Positions 51,920 to 60,692 of a DNA stretch of 64,000 bases are shown here, piece after piece. The notes under the pieces were generated by a model that did no database searches, had not been told where the DNA came from, and saw nothing but the letters and a program-made list of their open reading frames with translations. The position numbers and the translations under genes were made by a program. Origin of the DNA: a virus. Every line of letters starts with the position of its first letter. Within the stretch, counting starts at the first letter, position 1. The stretch is taken from IMG/VR virus record IMGVR_UViG_3300013114_000098. One strand, given 5' to 3'.

Positions 51920-52147
51920 AAAGAACTGTATATCAAGGTCTAATTATATCCCTTGTAGGAACAGTTATTCAAATTGAATAACAATACCTTTCGGTTTACT
52001 TATAGTATACAGAATGATCTTTTGTACAGAATTGTGAAAAAATACAGAATTTTGTTGGGCGCCATTCAAAATTTTCACCGACCTCTAGCTGTGCCATTAG
52101 ACCTCACCGGTTTTGGGAATCTGATTTAATTTTTATTGAATTGTTTT

Positions 52148-52167
52148 TTTTGCATACGTATGCAAAA
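52148..52167. repeat. Perfect 20-bp palindrome
   Basis: TTTTGCATACGTATGCAAAA; the 16-bp core recurs at 53145-53160. Confidence 0.85.
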
Positions 52168-52432
52168 GTCAGAAGGCTAGACACCAAGAAAGATGCCTAA
52201 AGGCTGATATTAAATTATATTAGATTATTATTTCTTCACAAGTCTTCTCTTTGACTCTACCTTAACTAATCTGCTCAGCATAAGTTCATGCTTAATAACT
52301 ATAAGCAATGTACACATACCGGCCCCTACTATTGATAACGTAATAAAGTATTCCATATCGCTTAGTACCAACCCATCTCGATATGCAATACAAGGTTAGC
52401 AATCATCACACCTACTACTAATAGTTCTGACA

Positions 52433-52597
52433 TTACTTGCTCCTCTTAACAGCACTCACAGGCAACTTATAACAACTGCCTGGACATTCAAATACTGTTA
52501 TCCAAGGCCCCTCGACCTTAGTAACAGTTCCCCTTATAGTTCTGTTCGCCGTATTGGTGAACTTAACTGTATCATCAACTGCGATTGCTTTACGCAT
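52433..52597 (-). CDS. Small SH3/KOW-like protein (54 aa), paralog of the C-terminal half of 52590..52883
   Basis: MRKAIAVDDTVKFTNTANRTIRGTVTKVEG...YKLPVSAVK with a GGAGG RBS; not in the ORF track. Confidence 0.55.
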   Translation of the reverse strand: MRKAIAVDDTVKFTNTANRTIRGTVTKVEGPWITVFECPGSCYKLPVSAVKRSK

Positions 52598-52883
52598 TCT
52601 CAACCTCCGCAACTCTTAATAAGCTGGCTGGCACTCTCCATTTGCCCTTACCAGTATCAACTGTAACGTTCTTAATTGCTTTCTTGGTTACAGTTCCTGT
52701 AACTAATACTCCACCACGTCCAGTAAATTCAACGGCATCGCCTACATTAAATGAACTAACTGCTTTCCTTGCAATACGAGTTCTACGTAATTTAATAGCT
52801 TCTACGACTGCATTCACCTGATCGTTAGTCATATTGTGTATTAAACCGAATACATCTGTTAGCATTTTATCTGTTACTGTCAT
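52590..52883 (-). CDS. Small early protein with an SH3/KOW-like beta-barrel
   Basis: FNVGDAVEF..RG...TGTVTK...WRVPASLL; AAGGAG RBS and a consensus promoter upstream. Confidence 0.65.
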   Translation of the reverse strand: MTVTDKMLTDVFGLIHNMTNDQVNAVVEAIKLRRTRIARKAVSSFNVGDAVEFTGRGGVLVTGTVTKKAIKNVTVDTGKGKWRVPASLLRVAEVENA

Positions 52884-52916
52884 AATTGTCGCTCCTTTAT
52901 TGTATAATATAAGTAT

Positions 52917-52945
52917 ATTATAACATAAGATGTCTTGGTTGTCAA
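52917..52945 (-). promoter_or_regulatory. Consensus sigma70 (early) promoter
   Basis: TTGACA, 17 bp, TGnTATAAT; the spacer carries CAAGACATCTTA. Confidence 0.85.
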
Positions 52946-53100
52946 CCAGAACTACCGTTATTGACCTAGATACTTGGCCGAATTGTTAGACATCTTGGTG
53001 AGAACCACGGTGGTTTAGCGTTTATCAATCGGCATTAGCGTGAGATAATAGGTATTATATGCGTATGACATGTCATTATGCGTGGGTTCCATGTTACTTT

Positions 53101-53175
53101 TTGTTGTATTTTTACAACAATTGTTGCAATAATGCGACAATCCGTTGCATACGTATGCAATAGATCTCCGATCTA
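53101..53175. repeat. Four consecutive palindromes/hairpins
   Basis: TTGTTGTA-tttt-TACAACAA, TTGTTGCA-ataa-TGCGACAA, TTGCATACGTATGCAA and TAGATC-tcc-GATCTA. Confidence 0.8.
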
Positions 53176-53254
53176 TCAAAGAATTTAACATAACAACTCA
53201 ATTATGCGTACCGAATTGTAGCGTTTGCGTGGCGGTCCAGCGTATGAATTAGTC

Positions 53255-53291
53255 AAAAGAAACCCGCTAACACGGTCTACATTAGCGGGTT
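53255..53291 (-). terminator. Intrinsic terminator
   Basis: 10-bp stem AACCCGCTAA/TTAGCGGGTT followed by a U-rich tract on -. Confidence 0.65.
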
Positions 53292-53370
53292 GTATAGTTA
53301 GTTAAGGAGCCAACCCCATAACACAAGGGATGGTGACCGTTTTTATACTGTAGATATCCAGCTATCTACA

Positions 53371-53595
53371 TTAATCGCCTGGCGGCTCTGCGGTTTCGTT
53401 ACCAGTTAAGGGAACTAATTCCACTTCAGTGTCCGGATTTGTGGCTTTGACCCGCCTGCGATTACGGGTCCATTGCCCAACTTGAGCTTCCTCAGTATGA
53501 GCACCGGGGTCACATACCGTGATTTTTCCACCACGGGCTAGATATTCTTCTACTGTTTCTTCTTTGTATTCGCTTTTTTCACCTATCAATCGCAC
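53371..53595 (-). CDS. Small acidic protein with a SutA-like RNA-polymerase-binding motif
   Basis: ETVEEYLARGGKITVC resembles the EEFL.RGG.V helix of SutA. It has its own promoter and GGAGG; the true start may be TTG 53589. Confidence 0.5.
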   Translation of the reverse strand: MRLIGEKSEYKEETVEEYLARGGKITVCDPGAHTEEAQVGQWTRNRRRVKATNPDTEVELVPLTGNETAEPPGD

Positions 53596-53617
53596 CTCCA
53601 GGTATTAATTTTTACAT

Positions 53618-53646
53618 AGTATACAACAAAACTACCGCTTTGTCAA
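53618..53646 (-). promoter_or_regulatory. sigma70 (early) promoter
   Basis: TTGACA, 17 bp, TATACT. Confidence 0.75.
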
Positions 53647-53647
53647 T

Positions 53648-53884
53648 CTAAATATCAAGAATTCTTGGTGTATCAATGCTACAACTAAATGATCTGTTAC
53701 GACCTAAGTGTTGCAACTGCGAAATTGGTTCAACATTTCCGCTTATTTGGTCTAATAATTCAATAGTATAGTCTGAAGAACCTCGCAAATAGTCCAAATC
53801 TTCTGCCATTTTAAGCATCACATAAGCTGTAAACAGCATCCAAGCAATGATAAAACACATAAAACCAATTCTTACTACTTTCAT
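53648..53884 (-). CDS. Small membrane-anchored protein
   Basis: Start moved to ATG 53884 (GGAGG RBS); N-terminal TM segment. Confidence 0.45.
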   Translation of the reverse strand: MKVVRIGFMCFIIAWMLFTAYVMLKMAEDLDYLRGSSDYTIELLDQISGNVEPISQLQHLGRNRSFSCSIDTPRILDI

Positions 53885-54262
53885 TTCGGCCCTCCTACAG
53901 ACCCATAGTGGTCGCAAAGCTATGAAAGAACCAATATATACCGATTCCAAGCCCTATTAAAAACAATAATCTCCACATAACTAACCTTTCTAATTATGAT
54001 AGTTATTCACGCCGACCCTTATTACTATCAATTGGGGGCCGAATCCACGTTTACTATTCACAACATTAGTACAGTCCTCCTATTGGAACTGAATGCGTTC
54101 CACAAGAATTCATAAGTATCAGCAATAATAGTATAATTACGCATGATTTATAAAACAAAATGTGGCTCCGGATAGGCACGCGACTGATTTAGTCCTGATT
54201 TAAATATGTTAACTAGTATTACCTGCATATACCACATCTACATTTTCCTGTATTATACTTAC

Positions 54263-54291
54263 AGTATACACGATTTGAACACATTTGTCAA
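54263..54291 (-). promoter_or_regulatory. sigma70 (early) promoter
   Basis: TTGACA, 17 bp, TATACT. Confidence 0.7.
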
Positions 54292-54697
54292 CCGAAATGT
54301 CTTACTTTTTATACACTTTTACCACAATTTTGGGAATAGGTATTGCCCCTGGCAAAGACACCCTAGCAAACCTATGACCATTGTGAATAAAGTGGTGTAA
54401 GTCATTGATTTATATAGGAATTTCGGTTCATAGCGTACAAAACGACCATACTATACGCTATAAAAAGGCCTTCCTGATTTTTTCGAGCCCTTTACCCACC
54501 ACGGTTTTAGAAAAAGAATACCTATTCTAAACCACTCTAAAACAATACCTATTCCCCATACTTCAGGCATTAAAGCATACTCCGTATGCCTTTCCCAACA
54601 TGCCTTCTTCGTTGACAACGTTCTAAGAACTACGACAACGTTGCATAGCACCGTGGTCCAACGGATGCAACGAGCAGACGTTGTTTACTGTATAACC

Positions 54698-54988
54698 ACT
54701 ATTCTCTACTATGTCTAACTATGCTTTACTATTAAAACTATTAGCATTAAGGAATAGCATTGTGGTATTGCTATTATTAATCCTTATACTAAGTTTAATT
54801 ATGTTTAGTAAGATATCTTACTTGTATTCGGCCTAGAACTATGTATTACTATTAAAAGACTTGGACTCACGGAGCAAAGCGGAGCGACGATTTACACACA
54901 AAACTATATCGTTGTTTAGTTTAACTATACTTTAGTGGCCTGGTGGATATTCACTATGTAACTACTATCATTTACTATAAAGAACTAT
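54698..54988 (-). repeat. Phased ACTAT arrays (right; inverted relative to the left ATAGT array)
   Basis: ACTAT at 54698, 54708, 54718, 54728, 54737; 54838, 54848; 54903, 54924; 54953, 54964, 54974, 54984. Confidence 0.75.
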
Positions 54989-55256
54989 GTGAGGCAGATT
55001 TGAGTTGGAGTGGGAGACGCTTTCCATCCCTCGCACGACAACGAAGGACCCTTAAAGGGTAATGAACTCCTAATGATCTTTATGATTTACTAAATGATTA
55101 AGAATAATAGAGGGTGAAAAAAATTTTTGCAGATCTCCGATGGGTATTATTATTCTTCTTAAACTTGCAACCAGAACCAACGAAAACCGTTAAAACAGTA
55201 GTAAAAGGGTATTTGTTTGGAATAGAATAGATGTGGATAAAACATTATGCAGATCG

Positions 55257-55285
55257 TTGACAACCTAGACCTTTTATGTTATATT
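55257..55285 (+). promoter_or_regulatory. sigma70 (early) promoter
   Basis: TTGACA, 17 bp, TGnTATATT. Confidence 0.7.
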
Positions 55286-55334
55286 AACAGAGTAATAAAT
55301 TATTATTACATACACAGACACACAGGAGAGCAAT

Positions 55335-55559
55335 ATGGTTGCAAATAAAAATGCGTATGAGATTCGTACTGAGATACTTAGTATGGCCCAAGGTTTTGTA
55401 ATGTCAAAGTTTGACAATGCACATAGCAAATGGGAGAGCTCAGTGGAAAGACACCCCGAATCGGGTGTTGTTTTATCTACAAAAGACGCACCAAAGTTTC
55501 CATCATCTGATGATATACTTAAAGAAGCTAATAAGTTATATTCATTTGTTGATGGTTAG
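55335..55559 (+). CDS. Hypothetical phage protein
   Basis: NAYEIRTEILSMAQ...FPS..DIL..A.KLYSFV; AGGAG RBS, with its own promoter and terminator. Confidence 0.7.
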   Translation: MVANKNAYEIRTEILSMAQGFVMSKFDNAHSKWESSVERHPESGVVLSTKDAPKFPSSDDILKEANKLYSFVDG

Positions 55560-55568
55560 GAGGAGACT

Positions 55569-55596
55569 AAACCCGGTGTAAAAAGCCGGGTTTTTA
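55569..55596 (+). terminator. Intrinsic terminator
   Basis: AAACCCGG-loop-CCGGGTTT followed by further Ts. Confidence 0.8.
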
Positions 55597-55597
55597 T

Positions 55598-55626
55598 TTG
55601 ACAAGCAAGATATCTTGTGTTATACT
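55598..55626 (+). promoter_or_regulatory. sigma70 (early) promoter with a palindromic spacer
   Basis: TTGACA, 17 bp containing CAAGATATCTTG, then TGnTATACT. Confidence 0.8.
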
Positions 55627-55657
55627 ATGTATATAATTTAATAAAACGGAGTATATA

Positions 55658-55999
55658 ATGGCATTAAACAGTTGGACAGAAGTATTAGTTGAAGCAACAA
55701 ACAAAAAGGATATGACTTATTCATATTCCTTTAAGAATCAAAGAGGTCAACCGATATGGGGTACTAAAGTAAGACCTTTGCCTGGTGCAAGGAACTTTTT
55801 AGTTGGATTAGACTGTAAAAAGAACATAGATTACGATTACACCGCTGATAAAAAGACAGGACAATACTGTTATAAGTTTAAAGAACCAGAGAATGCCTTT
55901 CTATTTAAGTTGTGGTGGGATAAAGATAGTCCTAAGAATGCCAATTCACATACATTTATGCACACTTGTCCAGAGTGTGGGAATCAATTTAAGGATTAA
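55658..55999 (+). CDS. Hypothetical protein with a C-terminal CxxC
   Basis: GGAG RBS; HTCPECG. Confidence 0.6.
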   Translation: MALNSWTEVLVEATNKKDMTYSYSFKNQRGQPIWGTKVRPLPGARNFLVGLDCKKNIDYDYTADKKTGQYCYKFKEPENAFLFKLWWDKDSPKNANSHTFMHTCPECGNQFKD

Positions 56000-56037
56000 T
56001 ATGGTAATTGCATCCGCTATAGGAGACGATTTTGATC

Positions 56038-56220
56038 ATGGCCAAGAATAAAGAACCAACATTAGAAGAAGCCTGGAATGCTATTGTCAAAGGATTAGGT
56101 ATTCTTGTTGATTACCCTAATAAGGTAGTACAGGAATACCTATTAGATGACGAAATAGAAGACGGGAATAGAGATAAACCCAAGAAAGAAAAGAAGAAAC
56201 CCAAAAAAAAGAAGTTATAA
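56038..56220 (+). CDS. Hypothetical protein with a basic tail
   Basis: ORF with an upstream GGAG; Lys-rich C-terminus. Confidence 0.45.
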   Translation: MAKNKEPTLEEAWNAIVKGLGILVDYPNKVVQEYLLDDEIEDGNRDKPKKEKKKPKKKKL

Positions 56221-56339
56221 ATGGATAAGTTGTATACAATTTTTGGATATTTAGGAATTGCAGTTGCTATATGCGTTCTTATATATCTAGTTGCTACTGG
56301 TAATCTACTGCATTACCTATTATAGTAGGAGAATAAACT

Positions 56340-56609
56340 ATGAGTAAACTATATGACAAAGCAATAATGGCCAATGTAGCCAGGACTGAAATATCTGGTA
56401 AATACAATACAAAATGGACACCAGATGCTATTAAGATCCATAATAAGAATAAACAAGACGAAGAGCTGGAAAACAGAGCTACTTTGGAATGTATTGTATG
56501 TGGATCAGTATTACATGGAGAAGAACCACGAATCCAAATCGTTTGTGATGATTGCAAAGATGTAAGGTTTTCACCATTGCCACCAATGAGTCCTTTTACT
56601 AACAAATGA
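56340..56609 (+). CDS. Small zinc-finger-like protein
   Basis: CIVC...CDDC; AGGAG RBS. Confidence 0.55.
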   Translation: MSKLYDKAIMANVARTEISGKYNTKWTPDAIKIHNKNKQDEELENRATLECIVCGSVLHGEEPRIQIVCDDCKDVRFSPLPPMSPFTNK

Positions 56610-56670
56610 AACATTTAATAATAACAATTGCAATTATAACCATAATTGTATTAATAACAGGATTTGCAAT

Positions 56671-57036
56671 ATGATTAATACTTGCCTAAGTTTAGCACTT
56701 GCACTAGGATTCCATTTAGGATTGGAAGGCAATTACAATAATGTACATCCACATCTTAGATGTGATATTAATAATACAATAGCAGGAGTGTATTATAATA
56801 GTGAAGAAAAGATATCTGCATATGTTGGCTACCAATTCGATACCCCATTTGATTCAACATTAGAAGTAGGTTGGGTAACAGGTTATCCCGAATACCACAC
56901 AAGACATGGATTAGATATTGTACCTATGTTGAGATTAACTAAAGGCAATTGGTATCTAGCACCTGCTTACGAAGTAGCACCTGATAAAAATTGGGGTATA
57001 ACTTTAGGATATGAATTTAAAATAATGGGAAATTGA
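56671..57036 (+). CDS. Secreted/outer-membrane beta-strand protein
   Basis: Signal-like N-terminus, alternating aromatic strands (AGVYYNS, AYVGYQF) and C-terminal GITLGYEF. Confidence 0.5.
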   Translation: MINTCLSLALALGFHLGLEGNYNNVHPHLRCDINNTIAGVYYNSEEKISAYVGYQFDTPFDSTLEVGWVTGYPEYHTRHGLDIVPMLRLTKGNWYLAPAYEVAPDKNWGITLGYEFKIMGN

Positions 57037-57195
57037 AATGGGAAAGAGACAAATACCGTTTGTAATAGTTGCGAGAGGCAAGAAACCATCCAAGAAACAT
57101 ATGAGTCATGGATCGTTTAGATGTAAACGACACCCTAACAGTAAAAGATGTAACAATGGTAGTATGTAATTCTGGAAAAGTGATTGGAGAAAATA

Positions 57196-57462
57196 ATGTT
57201 TAGACTAGAAGAAAGAATTATGGATTGCTGGAGAGTAGTAGATGATATTAAAGTTATCTATGAAGAACACTTAGATTCTCCAGAACAAATGAGTGAGGAT
57301 GAGATGGCTAATATTCTACTGGGTCTTAGCACATTATACAACCGTAAGTTCGACAGATTATTCACCGAGTTTGAGAAAGTATGTAGACACGGAGGCATAT
57401 TCTTAGACAAAGACTTGGTTGAAGTTGCGAAGCAACAAATGCAATGTCAGATGAAGAAATAA
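57196..57462 (+). CDS. Hypothetical phage protein
   Basis: FRLEERIMDCWRVVDD...ANILLGL..LY..KF; GGAG RBS before ATG 57196. Confidence 0.55.
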   Translation: MFRLEERIMDCWRVVDDIKVIYEEHLDSPEQMSEDEMANILLGLSTLYNRKFDRLFTEFEKVCRHGGIFLDKDLVEVAKQQMQCQMKK

Positions 57463-57570
57463 GGGATTTTATAGAATATTTTGGAGATGAAATACCAAAC
57501 CCCGACCAATATCCATTAAAAGTTAAGTGGTTAATAAAATGGTATATCTCAATTGTTTTAAGGAATAAGT

Positions 57571-57819
57571 ATGAAAACGAAAACAGAAATAGATAAAGCG
57601 TTCGAACCAAAGGATAATTGTAGTATCTGTGACAGCCCATATGACGCTGATGCAGGTGGAATACAAGGACACTTTGGTATAATGCCTGTTACCTTTTGTG
57701 AATGGTGTGCAAGTAGCATTTACGATATGGTTTATCAAGACGTAAAAGAAGAAGTTATTGACCAATATAAAGAATGGCAGTTAAATAACCCAGAACCCTG
57801 TGGAATGAGTCATAAATGA
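57571..57819 (+). CDS. Small zinc-binding protein
   Basis: CSIC...GIMPVTFCEWC. Confidence 0.55.
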   Translation: MKTKTEIDKAFEPKDNCSICDSPYDADAGGIQGHFGIMPVTFCEWCASSIYDMVYQDVKEEVIDQYKEWQLNNPEPCGMSHK

Positions 57820-58088
57820 AGAACTTTACAGTCATTTGGGAAGTTAACTACTATGATGCTGAAAAGGTATTCTTTGTACCAGAAGGAAATACCGCAGAAG
57901 ATTTAGATGAATTGCTGGACGAATTGGGTGAGAATGCAATAGATCACGAACCAGAAGTTGAAACACCAACCGGTCTAGGAGACTTTGACATTGAATGGAT
58001 TAGGATTTTAGATGAAGACGACAATGAGGTTTGGAGAGATGAATACTACGATTTTAAAAACAAAGATTGGTTAGAATATATAAAATGA
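57816..58088 (+). CDS. Acidic hypothetical protein
   Basis: ATGA coupling; very Asp/Glu-rich. Confidence 0.5.
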   Translation: MKNFTVIWEVNYYDAEKVFFVPEGNTAEDLDELLDELGENAIDHEPEVETPTGLGDFDIEWIRILDEDDNEVWRDEYYDFKNKDWLEYIK

Positions 58089-58309
58089 CAGATGATTATG
58101 AAAAAGAACAAGAATTACCAACAATTACAAACGATCAAGGAATGACAACAATGATTCTTAATTCTTTAAACTTTATGTGTGCCGGTGAATCACCACCAAT
58201 GGATCATCCTCATGTTTACTTAACATTTGGAAACCTAAAGGAAATGAATTGTCCCTATTGTGGGACAAGATTTGTGTATAAACCTAGAATAAAAGGTAAT
58301 AATGAATAA
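58085..58309 (+). CDS. zf-CHCC zinc-finger protein
   Basis: C.G....DHPHVYL......CPYCGTRF. Confidence 0.8.
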   Translation: MTDDYEKEQELPTITNDQGMTTMILNSLNFMCAGESPPMDHPHVYLTFGNLKEMNCPYCGTRFVYKPRIKGNNE

Positions 58310-58594
58310 AACAAAGATTATGCCAGTATTAGTATTGTGCTGTATTTTTATTAGTGGTTGTGAGCTATTAGAAAAAATGCAGAAAGATGCCGCAGAAGCA
58401 GGATTAGATGTAGACTGCAATGTGCATCCTCAAACTGAATATTGTGCAAGTAAAGAAGCAGAAGCTACTTTATTATAGGAAAATAAAATGAGAAAAAGTA
58501 AGAAGATCTGTATAGCTATCTTGGCTATAATACCACCCGGCTTAATATGGTTGTATTTTTATTTAGATAGCATAATTAGACCTATCTTTATAAC

Positions 58595-60109
58595 ATGAGC
58601 ACAATTTGGGGTATAAACGTTGGAACTCACGACAGCAGTATTGCGAGTGTAGTAGATAATGAATTAGTATTTGCCGCACACAGCGAACGAAGTAGTAGAA
58701 TTAAGAACTACAAGTTCCTTACTAAACAAGTAGTTAAACAAACTATAGAAGCAAGTGGATTTCCAGATAGAATAGTATATTATGAACGTGATTTATGGAA
58801 ACGTGCTAGACAGTTGTGGGCAAAACAATACAAAACAGCATTTACTAAACCCAGCATAAACAGTTTAATACCAATTATAGACGCTCGATCGTTTCCATTA
58901 GCGTCTAGTGAAATTCCAACAAGCAGTGTTGCACACCACTATTCACACGCGGCCGCAGGCTATTATACAAGTCCATATAGAGAAGCCGCAGTATTAGTTA
59001 TAGACAGCATTGGCGAATGGGAAACACTAACAATTTGGAAAGGTCAAGGAACTAAATTAAAACGTGTATATTCTCAAGGATATCCAGACAGCGTAGGTTT
59101 ATGGTATTCTGCTATGACCCAGCGTATAGGTCTTAAACCTAACGAAGATGAATACATATTAATGGGTTGGGCCGCTTTAGGTGACCCAGACAAGTATAAA
59201 AAGAAGATATTTGACGACTTCTTTCACGGGCTACACTCAGACAGTCCTAGTATAAAATTCAAACATAATCTACATCGTGGTTGTAAGTGGTGGGCTCCAG
59301 AGCTTAATACATTACAAGACTATGCAGATATTGCCGCAGGAACACAAGCAGTTTACGAATATATATTCAAACATCTAGTAAAACAAACAAAAAGATTAGT
59401 AGATAGTGATAACTTAGTTGTTATGGGTGGATGTGCATTAAATTGTGTTGCAAATAGTATAGCATATGAAATGTACAACGGTAATGTTTGGATAATGCCT
59501 AACCCAAGCGATGCAGGTAGTAGTTTAGGAGCAATATTAGGGCATCAACGTGATTTTATAAACTGGCGTGGTCCTTATTTAGGTTACAATATACCTGGAG
59601 CATATCCAGTTAAAAATGCAATACATGAACTAAAGAAAACAGGTTTAGTTGGGATCGCAAACAGTTATGCAGAGTTTGGTCCTAGAGCATTAGGAAATCG
59701 TAGTCTACTTGCTGATCCACGTGGTAAAGATGTTAAGGATAAGGTAAATACTGTTAAGCGTCGACAAGAATTTAGACCTTTCGCACCCGTTATACTTGAA
59801 GAACATGCAACAGAATACTTTAACGGACCAACAGGACCATATATGCAATATACAAGCAAGTGTAAACATCCAGAGCAGTTTCCAGCTATTACACATTATG
59901 ATGGCACAAGCAGAGTACAAACTGTAAACAAAAAACAACATCTTGGATTATATAATTTGCTTACAGAATGGAAAAAAGAAACAGGTTGTCCTATGTTATT
60001 GAATACAAGTCTAAATATTAAAGGCGAGCCTATGGTAGACACAGAAGAAGATGCAATACGTTGGCAAGAAGAATACGGAGTTACCGTATTAACTAAGGAG
60101 CAGTCATGA
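58595..60109 (+). CDS. O-carbamoyltransferase (NodU/CmcH/TobZ family)
   Basis: HDSS, ER..R.K, HHYSHAA, DSIGE, GGCALNCVAN, EFGPRALGNRS, RPFAP, DGTSRVQT and LNTSLN. Confidence 0.93.
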   Translation: MSTIWGINVGTHDSSIASVVDNELVFAAHSERSSRIKNYKFLTKQVVKQTIEASGFPDRIVYYERDLWKRARQLWAKQYKTAFTKPSINSLIPIIDARSFPLASSEIPTSSVAHHYSHAAAGYYTSPYREAAVLVIDSIGEWETLTIWKGQGTKLKRVYSQGYPDSVGLWYSAMTQRIGLKPNEDEYILMGWAALGDPDKYKKKIFDDFFHGLHSDSPSIKFKHNLHRGCKWWAPELNTLQDYADIAAGTQAVYEYIFKHLVKQTKRLVDSDNLVVMGGCALNCVANSIAYEMYNGNVWIMPNPSDAGSSLGAILGHQRDFINWRGPYLGYNIPGAYPVKNAIHELKKTGLVGIANSYAEFGPRALGNRSLLADPRGKDVKDKVNTVKRRQEFRPFAPVILEEHATEYFNGPTGPYMQYTSKCKHPEQFPAITHYDGTSRVQTVNKKQHLGLYNLLTEWKKETGCPMLLNTSLNIKGEPMVDTEEDAIRWQEEYGVTVLTKEQS

Positions 60110-60288
60110 AAGTATTAAAAGTTTTAAAAGATGCTGAATTAATACTAGCAGATATAGAAGTTAATCTAGGAGTGAATCAGAGGCACGCCGTTACATTGTG
60201 CGTAAGGCACAACGGCAAGATTATTCCTTTAAACACTCCAGATATGCGACCAGTATTAATGACACAAGAAAATGCTATACAGGAATAA
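60106..60288 (+). CDS. Hypothetical protein
   Basis: AAGGAG RBS and ATGA coupling. Confidence 0.5.
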   Translation: MKVLKVLKDAELILADIEVNLGVNQRHAVTLCVRHNGKIIPLNTPDMRPVLMTQENAIQE

Positions 60289-60412
60289 CACATGATTAGA
60301 TGGATCAAGATTAAAATTGCGGAATGGAAATATAAACGCAAACTGAAGAAGAAGATTGAAGAATTGAAAAAGAAAGATCCGTTTATTTACGATTAACAAC
60401 AAGGAGTTACCA

Positions 60413-60607
60413 ATGAAATGGGATGAACTTAGAAAACAGTATGCAGGTATTATAAAAAATCTGTTAAACAATATTGATATTTGCAATGAACGATATGTCA
60501 AAGATGGCAACGAGGGGTATATGTTTGCCAGAGCAAAGTATATAAAAGAACTAGAAGAACTTAAAACGTTTATCAAAAAAGAAGAAAAACGTTTAGGTTG
60601 CTACTAG
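60413..60607 (+). CDS. Hypothetical protein
   Basis: AAGGAG RBS. Confidence 0.5.
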   Translation: MKWDELRKQYAGIIKNLLNNIDICNERYVKDGNEGYMFARAKYIKELEELKTFIKKEEKRLGCY

Positions 60608-60692
60608 TTTAGTAGATAACAGCAAATAGAAACAAATAGAAGCAGATAGAAACAGTTATCGAACGATAGACAATTTTAAGGAGAACAAAATA

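Noticed and set aside
54206-54651. ORFs 54206..54400 (+) and 54451..54651 (-)
   Set aside because: They lack an RBS, have atypical composition, and overlap promoter and repeat elements; the region is probably non-coding.
54698-54988. CRISPR or mini-array
   Set aside because: The repeat unit is 5 bp with ~5-bp spacing, not a 23-47-bp repeat with unique spacers, and no cas genes are in the window.
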